Translations under genes and position numbers: made by a program
Assembly (NCBI GenBank): GCA_021294815.2
Contig: CP095464.1
Location: forward strand, 480,001-512,000
Reading direction: 5' to 3'
From: Verrucomicrobiota bacterium
GTDB lineage: Bacteria; Verrucomicrobiota; Verrucomicrobiia; Opitutales; LL51
Length of the DNA stretch: 32,000 nucleotides
The notes under the pieces: model-generated
What the model saw: the letters and a program-made list of their open reading frames with translations, nothing else
Told to the model about the DNA's origin: nothing
The model's database searches: none
Part shown: positions 1-9,508 of the stretch, one piece after another
Layout: each line of letters begins with the position of its first letter
How positions within the stretch are numbered: the stretch's first letter is position 1

Positions 1-622
1 AACTCTACCGGTGCCGTTTACCGATCTTAATTGGACATTACCGCATAATTTTGTACCCATTTACTTCTTTCTTGTCTTGGCTGGAACTAGTAATGCGGTC
101 AATTTGACGGATGGACTTGATGGGTTGGCGACGGGTTGTGCGATCCCGGTGTTGTTATTTTTCGGGGGTCTTTGCTTTATCGATAACACGTTGCCAATAT
201 TTAGCTCTATGGGGGTTTCACGCATACCAGGCGGTACAGAACTTGCTGTGGTATGTGCCGCGGTACTCGGTGGGCTTTTAGTTTTTTTGTGGTACAACTG
301 TTATCCCGCGGTTGTCTTTATGGGCGACACGGGTTCGCTTGCGCTAGGCATGCTGATCGGTCTCGTCGCGCTTTTCTCGGGGTATTCGTTGTTTTTAGTC
401 ATTGCGGGTGGTGTGTTTGTGGCGGAGGCGCTTTCTGACATTCTGCAGGTGTTTACGTATAAATTTTGCGGCCATCGCCGGATTTTTAAAATGGCGCCGC
501 TCCACCATCATTTCGAGCTCAAGGGGCATCACGAGGTCCAGATTACACTTCGGGCATGGTTGTTGAGTGTTTTATTGGCGGCTTTAGCGGTTATTGCAAT
601 GGTGCCGTGGATTAAGCCCTAA
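1..622 (+). CDS. mraY: phospho-N-acetylmuramoyl-pentapeptide transferase MraY, C-terminal part (5' end lies outside the window)
   Basis: The frame is open from the window edge. Motifs NAVNLTDGLDGLA, MGDTGSLALG and APLHHHFE, plus multiple hydrophobic helices, are typical of MraY. Confidence 0.93.
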   Translation, partial: TLPVPFTDLNWTLPHNFVPIYFFLVLAGTSNAVNLTDGLDGLATGCAIPVLLFFGGLCFIDNTLPIFSSMGVSRIPGGTELAVVCAAVLGGLLVFLWYNCYPAVVFMGDTGSLALGMLIGLVALFSGYSLFLVIAGGVFVAEALSDILQVFTYKFCGHRRIFKMAPLHHHFELKGHHEVQITLRAWLLSVLLAALAVIAMVPWIKP

Positions 623-674
623 TTATAATGAGAGGTTGACGTGCGGCATAAATTGATCTAAGGGAGTTGATTCT

Positions 675-2516
675 GTGTGTGGAATTATCGGTTATGTCGG
701 GCGTAAATCGGCGGGGGAGATCTTATTAGATGGTCTCCAGCGAATGGAGTATCGCGGTTATGATTCCGCGGGAATTGCGGTATTGGATCAAGGAACAATC
801 TGGCCGTTAAAGCGTGTCGGGAAAGTTGCGACTCTCATACACGCGTACAGCTTGAACTTCAAGCACTCAGGGACAGTTGGTATTGGGCATACGCGTTGGG
901 CGACCCATGGAGGAGTTTCAGAACAAAATGCGCATCCGCACTTGAGTAATGATCATCGATTTGCGATCGTTCACAACGGCATTATTGAGAATTACGAAAA
1001 AATTAAGCAATTTCTCCAAGCGCATGGGTACGTTTTTTTCTCAGAAACGGACACGGAGGTCTTGGTCAATCTCATTGATTACCACTATAAAAAAAATCCT
1101 GCACAATCTTTTATAGAGGCTGTCCGTAAGTCGCTGCGCCATGTTGAAGGAACATATGGGATCGCTGTCCTAAGCACGGTATACCCTGAACAATTGATTG
1201 TCGCGCGGAAGAGTTCACCATTGTTAATTGGAATTGGCGAAGGGGAAAACATTGTCGCGAGCGATGCTGCGGCCGTTGCCCGTTATACCAAACGTGTCAT
1301 TTATCTCAACGATGGCGAAATCGCTTCAGTGACAGCCGATAACTTTTCGATCTCAACCCTAGATGCGGGGGCGCCTAAAGCTGTGTTGCATGAGCTTGAT
1401 TGGGAGATTTGCGATTCCGAGCTTGAGGGTTATCCGCACTACATGTTAAAGGAGATTTTTGAACAGCCAACGGTTCTTGAAAATGCGATGCGGGGGCGGT
1501 TTGCGGAGGATGACTGTTCGACAAAGTTCGGAGGATTACCCATCACGCTCCAGGATCTTCGCTCAGCTGATCGGATTTTGTTTTGCGCCTGCGGCAGTGC
1601 GTACCACGCGTGCCTCGAGGGGAAGTTTTGGATCGAAAAATTCGCGCGGATCCCAGTTGATGTCGAGTACGCTTCTGAGTTTCGCTACCGCAATGCACCG
1701 ATGGGGCCACATACGATCGTTTTTGTCGTGAGCCAATCGGGGGAGACGATTGATACATTGGCGGCGCTGAACGAGGCCCAACGGCGTGGATATCGGGTTC
1801 TAGCCATTACCAATACCGTCGGATCAACGATTGCTCGTGCTGCGGAAGCGGGGATTTACCAGCACGCGGGCGTTGAGATGGGGGTTGCGTCGACAAAGGC
1901 CTTTACCTCGCAGTTAACCGTCTTATCGATGCTCGCGTTGCTCATCGCGCGAACCCGAGATATGGACGCAATTGCGGGCCAGCAGTACGTCCGGGCGCTA
2001 CGCTCTCTACCGGAGACGGTCAAAGAGGTCCTGGATCTCTCCGTAGAGATGCAGGCGCTTGCCCAAAAATATCACCGTTATAAGCGGTTTTTATTTTTAG
2101 GCCGCCAGGCGATGTACCCGATTGCACTTGAAGGGGCCCTGAAGCTCAAAGAGGTTGCATATGTCGATGCCCAAGCATACCCGACGGCTGAGATGAAACA
2201 TGGTCCGATTGCGTTGGTCTCAGAGGAGACAGTTTGCCTCTTTATCGCGACCCAAAGAACATTTTGGGAAAAGACAGCGAGCAATATCCAGGAAGTCCGT
2301 GCCCGTGGCGCTAAAGTCATTGTCATCGTCTCGGACGATCAGATTTTCGACGAACGACCTTATGATGCAGTGGTCCGGATTCCCGCGGCGCACGTGGGGA
2401 TTAAGCCAATACTTTCGGTGATTCCTTTACAGTTCTTTGCGTATTACACTGGAATTCTTCTCGGTTGCGATGTCGATCGTCCACGAAATTTAGCAAAGTC
2501 GGTAACTGTGGAATAA
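675..2516 (+). CDS. glmS: glutamine--fructose-6-phosphate aminotransferase (isomerizing)
   Basis: GTG start followed by CGIIGYVG (N-terminal nucleophile Cys of a class II amidotransferase). Two SIS-domain regions (VSQSGETIDT, GVASTKAFTSQL) and the C-terminal NLAKSVTVE. AAGGGAG Shine-Dalgarno about 8 nt upstream. Confidence 0.95.
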   Translation: MCGIIGYVGRKSAGEILLDGLQRMEYRGYDSAGIAVLDQGTIWPLKRVGKVATLIHAYSLNFKHSGTVGIGHTRWATHGGVSEQNAHPHLSNDHRFAIVHNGIIENYEKIKQFLQAHGYVFFSETDTEVLVNLIDYHYKKNPAQSFIEAVRKSLRHVEGTYGIAVLSTVYPEQLIVARKSSPLLIGIGEGENIVASDAAAVARYTKRVIYLNDGEIASVTADNFSISTLDAGAPKAVLHELDWEICDSELEGYPHYMLKEIFEQPTVLENAMRGRFAEDDCSTKFGGLPITLQDLRSADRILFCACGSAYHACLEGKFWIEKFARIPVDVEYASEFRYRNAPMGPHTIVFVVSQSGETIDTLAALNEAQRRGYRVLAITNTVGSTIARAAEAGIYQHAGVEMGVASTKAFTSQLTVLSMLALLIARTRDMDAIAGQQYVRALRSLPETVKEVLDLSVEMQALAQKYHRYKRFLFLGRQAMYPIALEGALKLKEVAYVDAQAYPTAEMKHGPIALVSEETVCLFIATQRTFWEKTASNIQEVRARGAKVIVIVSDDQIFDERPYDAVVRIPAAHVGIKPILSVIPLQFFAYYTGILLGCDVDRPRNLAKSVTVE

Positions 2517-2585
2517 TGCGAAGCGTGGCGTCTTTCAACGAAAAGAGCCTTGCAGAAACCCTAAAAATCTACAAAATACGGGCTC

Positions 2586-3038
2586 ATGCGGGCTACGGAT
2601 TGGGTCGAGGTGTCGGCGGTCGACATCGTTTTTTCGCACGAGGCAGCATCGATTATCATGGGTAATGATGTGAACGAGAAGCATTTTTTGATCCATGTAT
2701 CAATCGAGACAGGAAGTTTGTTGCTGAACCTCTTTCAAAAACAGCACTTTAAGCGACCTGATACGTTTACATTGCTCGTGAATGCCGTTACCTCCTTGGG
2801 CGGCGCAATCGAATCGATCCGTATCAATGATATGATCAATGGGGTATTTTTTGCCAAAATCGTCCTGCGACGAGGTAATAACGTGGTTACACTCGATGCA
2901 CGAGCGAGTGATGCGATTGCGCTTTCGGTAATCGATGGTGTACCGATACAAGTTCCCCGGGCATTATTGGAAAAAATTTCCTGGGTCGATACCCATAAGG
3001 CTAATGCCCATAACCGTGCCAAGAATTTCGTCCTCTAG
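2586..3038 (+). CDS. bifunctional nuclease (BFN/DUF151) family protein
   Basis: 150-aa ORF with the family-typical layout ...RPDTFTLL...INDMINGVFFAKIVL...LDARASDAIALSV..GVPIQV. The match was recognised by eye only. Confidence 0.6.
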   Translation: MRATDWVEVSAVDIVFSHEAASIIMGNDVNEKHFLIHVSIETGSLLLNLFQKQHFKRPDTFTLLVNAVTSLGGAIESIRINDMINGVFFAKIVLRRGNNVVTLDARASDAIALSVIDGVPIQVPRALLEKISWVDTHKANAHNRAKNFVL

Positions 3039-3087
3039 CGATTTTTTACCGTTTACAATACGGTCACGCTTCCCATGAATTGCACAT

Positions 3088-4386
3088 TTGGTGACCGATG
3101 CGAATGTCAATCGCCCGCCGCTTGCGGTACGGATGCGCCCACGGACGCTCGATGAGATCGTTGGTCAGCGTTCGATTGCCGCACAAGGAGCGCCGTTAAC
3201 GCAACTTGTCCGAAATAATGCACTCGGGAGCTTGATTTTGTACGGCCCACCGGGAAGCGGGAAGACGTCGATTGCAGAAGCGATCGCAAATGAGACTCAT
3301 AAGTCATTTCAGAAAATTAATGCGGTTCTTTCAAATGTCGCAGAATTGCGGGAGTTACTCAAGGTTGCGAAGTTTACACATGAACAGCCGATTTTGTTTA
3401 TCGATGAAATCCACCGTTTTAATAAATCCCAACAGGATCTTTTGTTGCCGGATGTTGAGGCAGGGACGATCCAGCTTATCGGCGCGACGACCCATAATCC
3501 GGGATTTTACGTCATCAATCCACTTCTGAGCCGATGCCGTTTGATCGAGCTCGAGCCGCTTGCCCCGGAGGACCTTGTTACGATCTTACGTCGGGCGCTT
3601 CAAGATGAAATTCATGGCCTCGGAACAATCCAGGTACCGATCGAAGATGAGACGCTTTTATTAATTGCCGAGCAGTGTAATGGTGATGCGCGTAAGGCGC
3701 TTAACGTTTTGGAGTCGGTCGTTCTCAATACCCCGATGGGGCAAAAGATCACTCCAGAAGATGCCGCGAAGTACCTCTTTAAGCAACAGCTTGCGTATGA
3801 TGCCGACGAAGATGAGCACTACAACACGATTTCGGCGTATATTAAGAGCATGCGCGGTTGCGATCCCGATGCGGCGGTTTATTGGCTAGCCGTAATGCTC
3901 GATGGCGGTGAAGACCCGCGGTTTATCGCGCGTCGCCTAGTGATTTTTGCTTCTGAGGATATCGGTCTTGCGGACTCACGGGCGTTGACGGTTACGAATG
4001 CCTGTTTCGATGTCTGCGAACGCGTCGGACTTCCGGAATGTCGTATTAATCTCGCCCATGCAACGGTGTTTTGTGCGCTGGCGCCCAAGAGCAACTCAGC
4101 GTACATGGCTCTCGAACGTGCGTCGTCCTTCATCCATAAGCATGGCAAGGAGGCGGTCCCAGTTTGGCTTCGCGATGCCCACGGAAAAGCGGCCGAACGC
4201 CTCATGCACGGAAAGTTTTACCAGTATAGCCACAATTTCGATCAAAATATCTCAGGCCAGACCTATATGTTGACACCGAAATCGTTTTACGAACCTAAGG
4301 CAATCGGTGCCGAAAAAGCCCTCGCCGAGCATTTTCACGACCTCCAAAAGCTACGTGCGAAGCGGCAAAAAGAAGCCGGGTATTAA
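3088..4386 (+). CDS. rarA: replication-associated recombination protein A (AAA+ ATPase RarA/MgsA)
   Basis: LRPRTLDEIVGQ, Walker A GPPGSGKTS, Walker B FIDEIHRFNK and the MgsA C-terminal domain (YWLARML-like AVYWLAVMLDGGEDPRFIARRL). The start is TTG 3088 or GTG 3091. Confidence 0.9.
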   Translation: MVTDANVNRPPLAVRMRPRTLDEIVGQRSIAAQGAPLTQLVRNNALGSLILYGPPGSGKTSIAEAIANETHKSFQKINAVLSNVAELRELLKVAKFTHEQPILFIDEIHRFNKSQQDLLLPDVEAGTIQLIGATTHNPGFYVINPLLSRCRLIELEPLAPEDLVTILRRALQDEIHGLGTIQVPIEDETLLLIAEQCNGDARKALNVLESVVLNTPMGQKITPEDAAKYLFKQQLAYDADEDEHYNTISAYIKSMRGCDPDAAVYWLAVMLDGGEDPRFIARRLVIFASEDIGLADSRALTVTNACFDVCERVGLPECRINLAHATVFCALAPKSNSAYMALERASSFIHKHGKEAVPVWLRDAHGKAAERLMHGKFYQYSHNFDQNISGQTYMLTPKSFYEPKAIGAEKALAEHFHDLQKLRAKRQKEAGY

Positions 4387-5036
4387 TTCGGTCGGACAAA
4401 AGGATTGGTTGTCTTTTCGTACCCGATGGTCGTCGTGTGTCCATGACCTGGAATTACCATAGTTTCATCGGGAAGTGTGTAGAGTTTTTCACGGATACTG
4501 CGAAACAAAACATGTTTATCGCCGCCCGGTAAATCCGAGCGCCCCACGCTGTGTGCAAACAACGTATCGCCAACAAAGCAAAGTTGGAGGTCTTTGAAAA
4601 AGTATGCTGCGCCGCCTTGAACGTGTCCCGGGATCCAAAGCATTTGAATCGTTAATCCCAAGAGTAAAAACGTATCGCCGTCCTGTAAAACATGGTCGAC
4701 CGGGCAGGGAGTTACAGTGACATCGGCATAGGTCGCCAGCAAGCGATTATCCGGGTGCTCGATCTCGGTCGCGTCGTGTTTCTGGGCGTAAATCGAAACA
4801 TTTTGGTTATGCCAAATATACGCATCGGAAATGTGGTCCCAGTGATGGTGCGTGATCAATAATGCCGTGGGTTCGAGGTGTTTTTCTTGGAGGTATTGTG
4901 TCAAAAAATCTGCACTGTCCGGCGGCGCATCGACAATCATTGCCTGCTGATTTTTAGAAATGAGGCCCACATTGGTGCGTAGGGGGCCCAACTTAAATAA
5001 TTCGACGGACACTCCATTTTGCGCGTAAATTTCCAT
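4383..5036 (-). CDS. MBL-fold metallo-hydrolase (glyoxalase II-like)
   Basis: HHHWDH metal-binding motif and later PGHVQGG, DTLF and GHG motifs. I prefer ATG 5036 over the TTG at 5072 listed in the ORF track. The 3' end overlaps rarA by 4 nt (convergent). Confidence 0.8.
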   Translation of the reverse strand: MEIYAQNGVSVELFKLGPLRTNVGLISKNQQAMIVDAPPDSADFLTQYLQEKHLEPTALLITHHHWDHISDAYIWHNQNVSIYAQKHDATEIEHPDNRLLATYADVTVTPCPVDHVLQDGDTFLLLGLTIQMLWIPGHVQGGAAYFFKDLQLCFVGDTLFAHSVGRSDLPGGDKHVLFRSIREKLYTLPDETMVIPGHGHTTTIGYEKTTNPFVRPN

Positions 5037-5149
5037 GGCGCAGACGATAGCGCTCTTTGCCAACGTTTTCAAGTTTTGTCGTCATTTTTGCTTGGCATAT
5101 CACCTGCTATGACCTTGACGTCGCGGGATTTTTAGCGACATTGCACGCC

Positions 5150-6220
5150 ATGGCTGTTATTCCTGATTTTTTACGTGAATTAATGATTGCCCGGTCGCCA
5201 TCGGGCCATGAATTCGAGGCCCAGCAGGTGATTGATCGCCATATGGCGGATATTGCGGATGAGTATCGGAAAGATATTATTGGAAACCGTTTTGCGACAG
5301 TGAAAGCCGGTGAAGGCCTTCCGACGTTGATGCTTTCGGGGCATATGGATGAGCTCGGATTCGCGGTGAAGTATATCGACGAGAAAGGGTTTATTTCCTT
5401 TGACGCGATTGGGGGCCATGACCGCGGAATTCTAATGGGGCGCCGGGTCCGCATTCTAACGAAGCACGGCGATATTTTTGGGGTCACCGGTAAGAAAGCG
5501 GTCCACATGCTTGAAGAGGAAGAGGAAAATAAGACGACAAAGCTCCATGATATGTGGATTGATATCGGGGCGAAAGACGAGGCCGAGGCCAAGTCGATGG
5601 TGAGCATCGGCGATCCGATTGTCTACGAAACCGCCGAGCCGGCGATCATCAACCAATCGCATAACGCGACGGGCCGAGCATTTGATGACCGTGCCGGGGC
5701 GTATGTCGCGATGGAGGTTGCTCGCCGGTTGTTAAAGGAGAAGTCGCAGCTCCACTGTAACGTTACGGCAGTCGCCTCGACACAAGAAGAGGTTGGGACC
5801 CGTGGCGCGATTGTTGCAGCATACGCATGTGCACCGTCGGTCGGGATTGCAATTGATGTCGGGCATGCGACGGACTTCCCGGGCTGTGATCACAAGAAAT
5901 TTGGCAAGTTCGAACTCGGTGCCGGCCCGATTATCGCCCGTGGTGTCAACATCAACCCACTCCTTTTCGATCGCGTTATTCAGTGCGCAGAACGCGAAGC
6001 GATCCCGTATCAAGTGGAAGCCGAGACGCGTCCAACCGGAACGGATGCACGTTCCATCCAAATGTCACGTGCGGGAGTTCCTGTGGGCCTAATTTCGGTA
6101 CCGCTACGGTACATGCACACGCCGATTGAGACGATCAATCTTGACGACGTCGAAAATGTAATCCGCCTGATTTGCGCCTTCGCCCGTTCCCTTACTCCCA
6201 ACGATCACTTCGAGTTCTAG
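5150..6220 (+). CDS. M42 family metallopeptidase (FrvX/glutamyl aminopeptidase-like)
   Basis: SPSGHE, SGHMDELGF, AFDDRAG, STQEEVGTRGA and YMHTP motifs. The start is moved to ATG 5150 (MAVIPDFLREL...), because the longer ORF from 5057 overlaps the divergent MBL gene. Confidence 0.85.
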   Translation: MAVIPDFLRELMIARSPSGHEFEAQQVIDRHMADIADEYRKDIIGNRFATVKAGEGLPTLMLSGHMDELGFAVKYIDEKGFISFDAIGGHDRGILMGRRVRILTKHGDIFGVTGKKAVHMLEEEEENKTTKLHDMWIDIGAKDEAEAKSMVSIGDPIVYETAEPAIINQSHNATGRAFDDRAGAYVAMEVARRLLKEKSQLHCNVTAVASTQEEVGTRGAIVAAYACAPSVGIAIDVGHATDFPGCDHKKFGKFELGAGPIIARGVNINPLLFDRVIQCAEREAIPYQVEAETRPTGTDARSIQMSRAGVPVGLISVPLRYMHTPIETINLDDVENVIRLICAFARSLTPNDHFEF

Positions 6221-6250
6221 AAATTTTTGTTTGTCAATGAATTGCCAATA

Positions 6251-6285
6251 CCGCGGAGATTCCCGCGGCGTTTTGTTTTGTTTTT
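6251..6285 (+). terminator. stem-loop CCGCGG-agattc-CCGCGG followed by CGTTTTGTTTTGTTTTT. It is an intrinsic terminator candidate and the first element of the cassette 5' module.
   Basis: Perfect 6-bp stem plus a T-rich tail, read directly. It lies downstream of the M42 gene. Confidence 0.6.
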
Positions 6286-6293
6286 ATAATTTA

Positions 6294-6321
6294 TTGACTA
6301 ATTGAATCTATTTTTTACAAT
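6294..6321 (+). promoter_or_regulatory. sigma70-type promoter TTGACT-16 bp-TACAAT, with ATG exactly 10 nt after the -10 hexamer
   Basis: Read directly. The geometry is the same as at 8144, 9471, 10764 and 11679. Confidence 0.65.
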
Positions 6322-6331
6322 TCTTCCGTCT

Positions 6332-8050
6332 ATGAATTGTAAAATCGTTAAATCATTATCGCTGGCTGGGGCGATGCTGGCAACGTCGTTCGCGTTCGGT
6401 GAAATTAGTCCTGAAACAGAGATGTGGATTCAGGAGCTCATTGAAAAAGCAAAACAAAGTTCCAAAGGGGCGGCATTTCTCACAAAGATAATGTCCCTTA
6501 TGGAGCGGTATGCAGCGCTTCCACAGCGTTTGGCTAATCCAGATACTTTGACTTTAATGGATGCCGGGTTTTTACCGAAATTTTTTAGTTCTCTTGGGCA
6601 CCCACTGGTACTAGAACAAGTTCCAGAAATACTTCATGTACTAAAGGGGCGATACCCTGTAGCGGATGCTAGCGCATCATCCACTAGGCGGGATATCAAT
6701 GAAAGAATTAGAAGACTCATAGAAAGTGTCAAAGATCCAGAGTTTGCAAAGGAAGAAATTGTACAAGTTCTCAATATCGCAGAGGCCTATATTGACAGGC
6801 GGCCGCTTGATGCGGACAATCCTTATACAAAGTTTTTCTTTAGGGACTTTCCTAATAAGGGATTGGTACGAAAATTGATTGCTATTGCTAAAAAACGTCT
6901 CGCGCCAACGGATTCTGTAGACCCGGACGGTCCGCGCTCTGATACATCGTCGACGGGAAAAGCTGATGATCTTGTGCAATGGGTTATGGATAAGACGAAA
7001 GATCCGAAGATGACAGCAGCGGATGTTACATCGATGATCCACGATCTAGAGGAGTGTATCGAGGCATTGGAATCTGGCCAGCCAATGAGTGCTGATAATT
7101 TTTGGGCTGATCGTACGGAGCTCCCCAGTTTGGAGCGGCTTCAAGGGCTGCTTCGATTTTTAAGAGAACATTTATCTCAATTAGAGTCCACGGACACAAG
7201 ATCTGATGATACTACACCGGAAGAGGACCGTAATGATAGCCCGGCTCTTAGGAAAAACGGTAATATTTGGATGCGCGGGAAGATCATCGAAATTCAGGGT
7301 ACCGGCGTGCATCGCACAACGCTTCAGGAAACGATCCGCAATGTGGGTGAGTACCTTGCATGGCGGTTGAATCCCGATGCGTCTGATGCAACACTGCCTC
7401 ATAATTCCTTTGTCGAAGAGCTTCGAGGGCGCAAACCGGACATAAAGTGGGTTCAGAAATTGATCGCTGTTGCGAAAGAGCGCCTTCTTAAAATAGATCC
7501 CGCTGCGGTCATTGACGATCCTAGCGCTGGGATTCCAACGGAAAATCCTGTTGTAGATAAGCCGACGATTCCAGAAGCTGCAGTTACGCCAAATGTTCGC
7601 AGTAATCAAAGAGTATCGCCAGAAGCTTTGAAGGCGGCGAAGCTAAAAAATAGAAAGCTCCAGGTGCTGGTACGTGAAAGCGCTCGGTGTTGGAAGGCTA
7701 TGCATGAGGCCTATGTGAAGGCCGCGCAAGACAAGTTGGCAGATTATATGGCGGCGCATCCGGACAGTTCGCTGCATTCTTTGCAGCCACAGCTCGAACA
7801 ATGGTATTTGGAATCCATTCACAACCCCAGCGAGGCCGAAAAAGCCTTGGCGACAATGGAGAAGAAATTGGCTGAGCAGCAGATTATTATTGACTTCATT
7901 GAGACTCGCATGAAAGAATATAGGTATTTCATGAATGTGTGGCTTGCGGAATATAATCGACGCAGGGAAGAGATCAATCAGGGCGACACACCGGATGGCA
8001 CAGTCGAAGCATTTGGACAAGACAATCCTATTGCGAGTTACACGGAGTAA
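6332..8050 (+). CDS. secreted protein, FGE-leader cassette family member A (572 aa)
   Basis: Signal peptide MNCKIVKSLSLAGAMLATSFAFG|E. An internal duplication is visible (VRKLIAIAKKRLAPTDS vs VQKLIAVAKERLLKIDP). No family was recognised. Confidence 0.75.
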   Translation: MNCKIVKSLSLAGAMLATSFAFGEISPETEMWIQELIEKAKQSSKGAAFLTKIMSLMERYAALPQRLANPDTLTLMDAGFLPKFFSSLGHPLVLEQVPEILHVLKGRYPVADASASSTRRDINERIRRLIESVKDPEFAKEEIVQVLNIAEAYIDRRPLDADNPYTKFFFRDFPNKGLVRKLIAIAKKRLAPTDSVDPDGPRSDTSSTGKADDLVQWVMDKTKDPKMTAADVTSMIHDLEECIEALESGQPMSADNFWADRTELPSLERLQGLLRFLREHLSQLESTDTRSDDTTPEEDRNDSPALRKNGNIWMRGKIIEIQGTGVHRTTLQETIRNVGEYLAWRLNPDASDATLPHNSFVEELRGRKPDIKWVQKLIAVAKERLLKIDPAAVIDDPSAGIPTENPVVDKPTIPEAAVTPNVRSNQRVSPEALKAAKLKNRKLQVLVRESARCWKAMHEAYVKAAQDKLADYMAAHPDSSLHSLQPQLEQWYLESIHNPSEAEKALATMEKKLAEQQIIIDFIETRMKEYRYFMNVWLAEYNRRREEINQGDTPDGTVEAFGQDNPIASYTE

Positions 8051-8100
8051 GTGTGAAGTGAAGTAGAAATTTTCTAAAAAAATACATTGACGATAGAAGA

Positions 8101-8135
8101 CGCTGCGGGAAACCTCTTGTGGCGTTTTGTGTTTT
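8101..8135 (+). terminator. wobble-rich stem-loop followed by TTTTGTGTTTT (cassette module hairpin)
   Basis: CGCTGCGGG-aaacct-CTTGTGGCG can pair using several G-T wobbles. A T-run follows. Confidence 0.4.
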
Positions 8136-8143
8136 AAGATTTA

Positions 8144-8171
8144 TTGACAGTTTGGGCGGTATCCTTAAAAT
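8144..8171 (+). promoter_or_regulatory. promoter TTGACA-16 bp-TAAAAT, ATG 10 nt downstream
   Basis: Read directly. It is preceded by the conserved TTTTAAGATTTA. Confidence 0.7.
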
Positions 8172-8181
8172 CGACTCGGAT

Positions 8182-9363
8182 ATGAATGCGAAATGGATAA
8201 AACTACTGTCGACTTCTGGTGCAATACTGGCGGCACCCTACACTTTTGGCGAAATCAAATCGGGGCATGCAACGAAAGATATTCCGTCCGCCGATGTGGA
8301 TCTATACAAGCTTGATCCGGAGACGATCGCGGCCGAAAAGAACGAACTTCGGTCTATGATGGAGTTGATACAAAAGCGCTTGGACCGGATCCAAAAGATT
8401 GAAGCCCGTTTGGAAGATGCCAAGCGCGAGGAAGCGGCTCCAAAACAACCGGTATCTAGCGGCCCTCAGGCAGTACAGCTTTCGAAAAAAGAATCGGCCA
8501 AGAAGGTAACTCCGGCAGAAAATAAGCCGGTTGCTCCGAAAAAAGCGACACCAACTCCCCCAAAACCGGTAAAATCCGAACGCCCAGAGGTGGTGGTTGC
8601 GCCGGTTCCGGCGAAGGCGCCTGCTACCGTCAATTCAGAGCCGTTGGTTGTGCCCGCGAAAGGTGCGATTGCATTGCCCCCATCGGCGCCGGTAACGCTC
8701 GAAAATCTGCAGCTTTCAGAGGACGCTGTGCCGACGAAAAGTTTTTCTCCGGTGAAAGAACCGATTGTTCCAGCGCGCGAATTGAAAAAGCCGGAACTGC
8801 CATTTCCCGAGGAGGTACCGCAAGCAGCAAAGGAAAAGTTGGAGCCCGTAAAAGCCCAAACGGCGGTATTGCCTTTACCGAATTTCGAGGAGGAAGCGCA
8901 GAGTGATCGTGATGGAGGTGTTTCGCCGCAAGATGAGCTCTTTCAAGTTTTAGCGGAGATCCGTGCAATGGCTTCGCGCAATGACGACGATTTCGGCTTC
9001 GATATTGGAGAAGAGGAAACCAGTGTGTTGGGCAATATGGCCCTCGGCACGAGTTCCCAGTTCGGCCCCACGAACGCCTCAGTCCAAGTGCAATATCCCC
9101 GTGAGCAGGCGCCGATAGAGGTTTCAGCGCCAGAACCACGTCCTCCGCTACCGTCTTTCGAGTCGCTACGTGCGGAAAGTACGATGTTCCGCGAGGCACC
9201 CGATACCCCGTCGTCGAAGTCAACGAAGCCCGCCGAAAAAAAGGTTTCCCTGGAAAACGTATTGTTGGATGCGTCTGAGAAGATTGATTCGGCCGAAGAG
9301 GAAATCGATTTTGCAGACGCCGATATGGCTGATTTTGAAGACATGGGTATTTTGGTCGACTAA
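8182..9363 (+). CDS. secreted proline/alanine/lysine-rich protein, FGE-leader cassette family member B (393 aa)
   Basis: Signal peptide MNAKWIKLLSTSGAILAAPYTFG|E. A short coiled-coil-like stretch is followed by a PxxP-rich low-complexity region and an acidic C-terminus. Confidence 0.75.
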   Translation: MNAKWIKLLSTSGAILAAPYTFGEIKSGHATKDIPSADVDLYKLDPETIAAEKNELRSMMELIQKRLDRIQKIEARLEDAKREEAAPKQPVSSGPQAVQLSKKESAKKVTPAENKPVAPKKATPTPPKPVKSERPEVVVAPVPAKAPATVNSEPLVVPAKGAIALPPSAPVTLENLQLSEDAVPTKSFSPVKEPIVPARELKKPELPFPEEVPQAAKEKLEPVKAQTAVLPLPNFEEEAQSDRDGGVSPQDELFQVLAEIRAMASRNDDDFGFDIGEEETSVLGNMALGTSSQFGPTNASVQVQYPREQAPIEVSAPEPRPPLPSFESLRAESTMFREAPDTPSSKSTKPAEKKVSLENVLLDASEKIDSAEEEIDFADADMADFEDMGILVD

Positions 9364-9405
9364 CGCCATATAGCGGAAAGTTTCTGTAAATTTTTAAAAC
9401 CACAG

Positions 9406-9443
9406 AGTGCCGTTGAATTTATTGCTCCGGCGCTTTTGCTTTT
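9406..9443 (+). terminator. stem-loop AGTGCCG...CGGCGCT followed by TTTGCTTTT (cassette module hairpin)
   Basis: 7-bp stem with one G-T pair, a 15-nt loop and a T-rich tail. Confidence 0.4.
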
Positions 9444-9470
9444 ATGGAATAGAGCAAATTTTAAGATTTA

Positions 9471-9498
9471 TTGACAGAATGCTTGACGTTCTTAGAAT
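9471..9498 (+). promoter_or_regulatory. promoter TTGACA-16 bp-TAGAAT, ATG 10 nt downstream
   Basis: Read directly. It is preceded by TTTTAAGATTTA. Confidence 0.7.
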
Positions 9499-9508
9499 GC
9501 GCCCAGGT

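Noticed and set aside
8630-9403. 257-aa ORF on the minus strand, antisense to cassette gene B (also 8943-9344).
   Set aside because: It is a shadow ORF inside a Pro/Ala/Lys-rich gene. It has no promoter, leader or start context, and its Arg/Pro-rich translation is typical of antisense frames.
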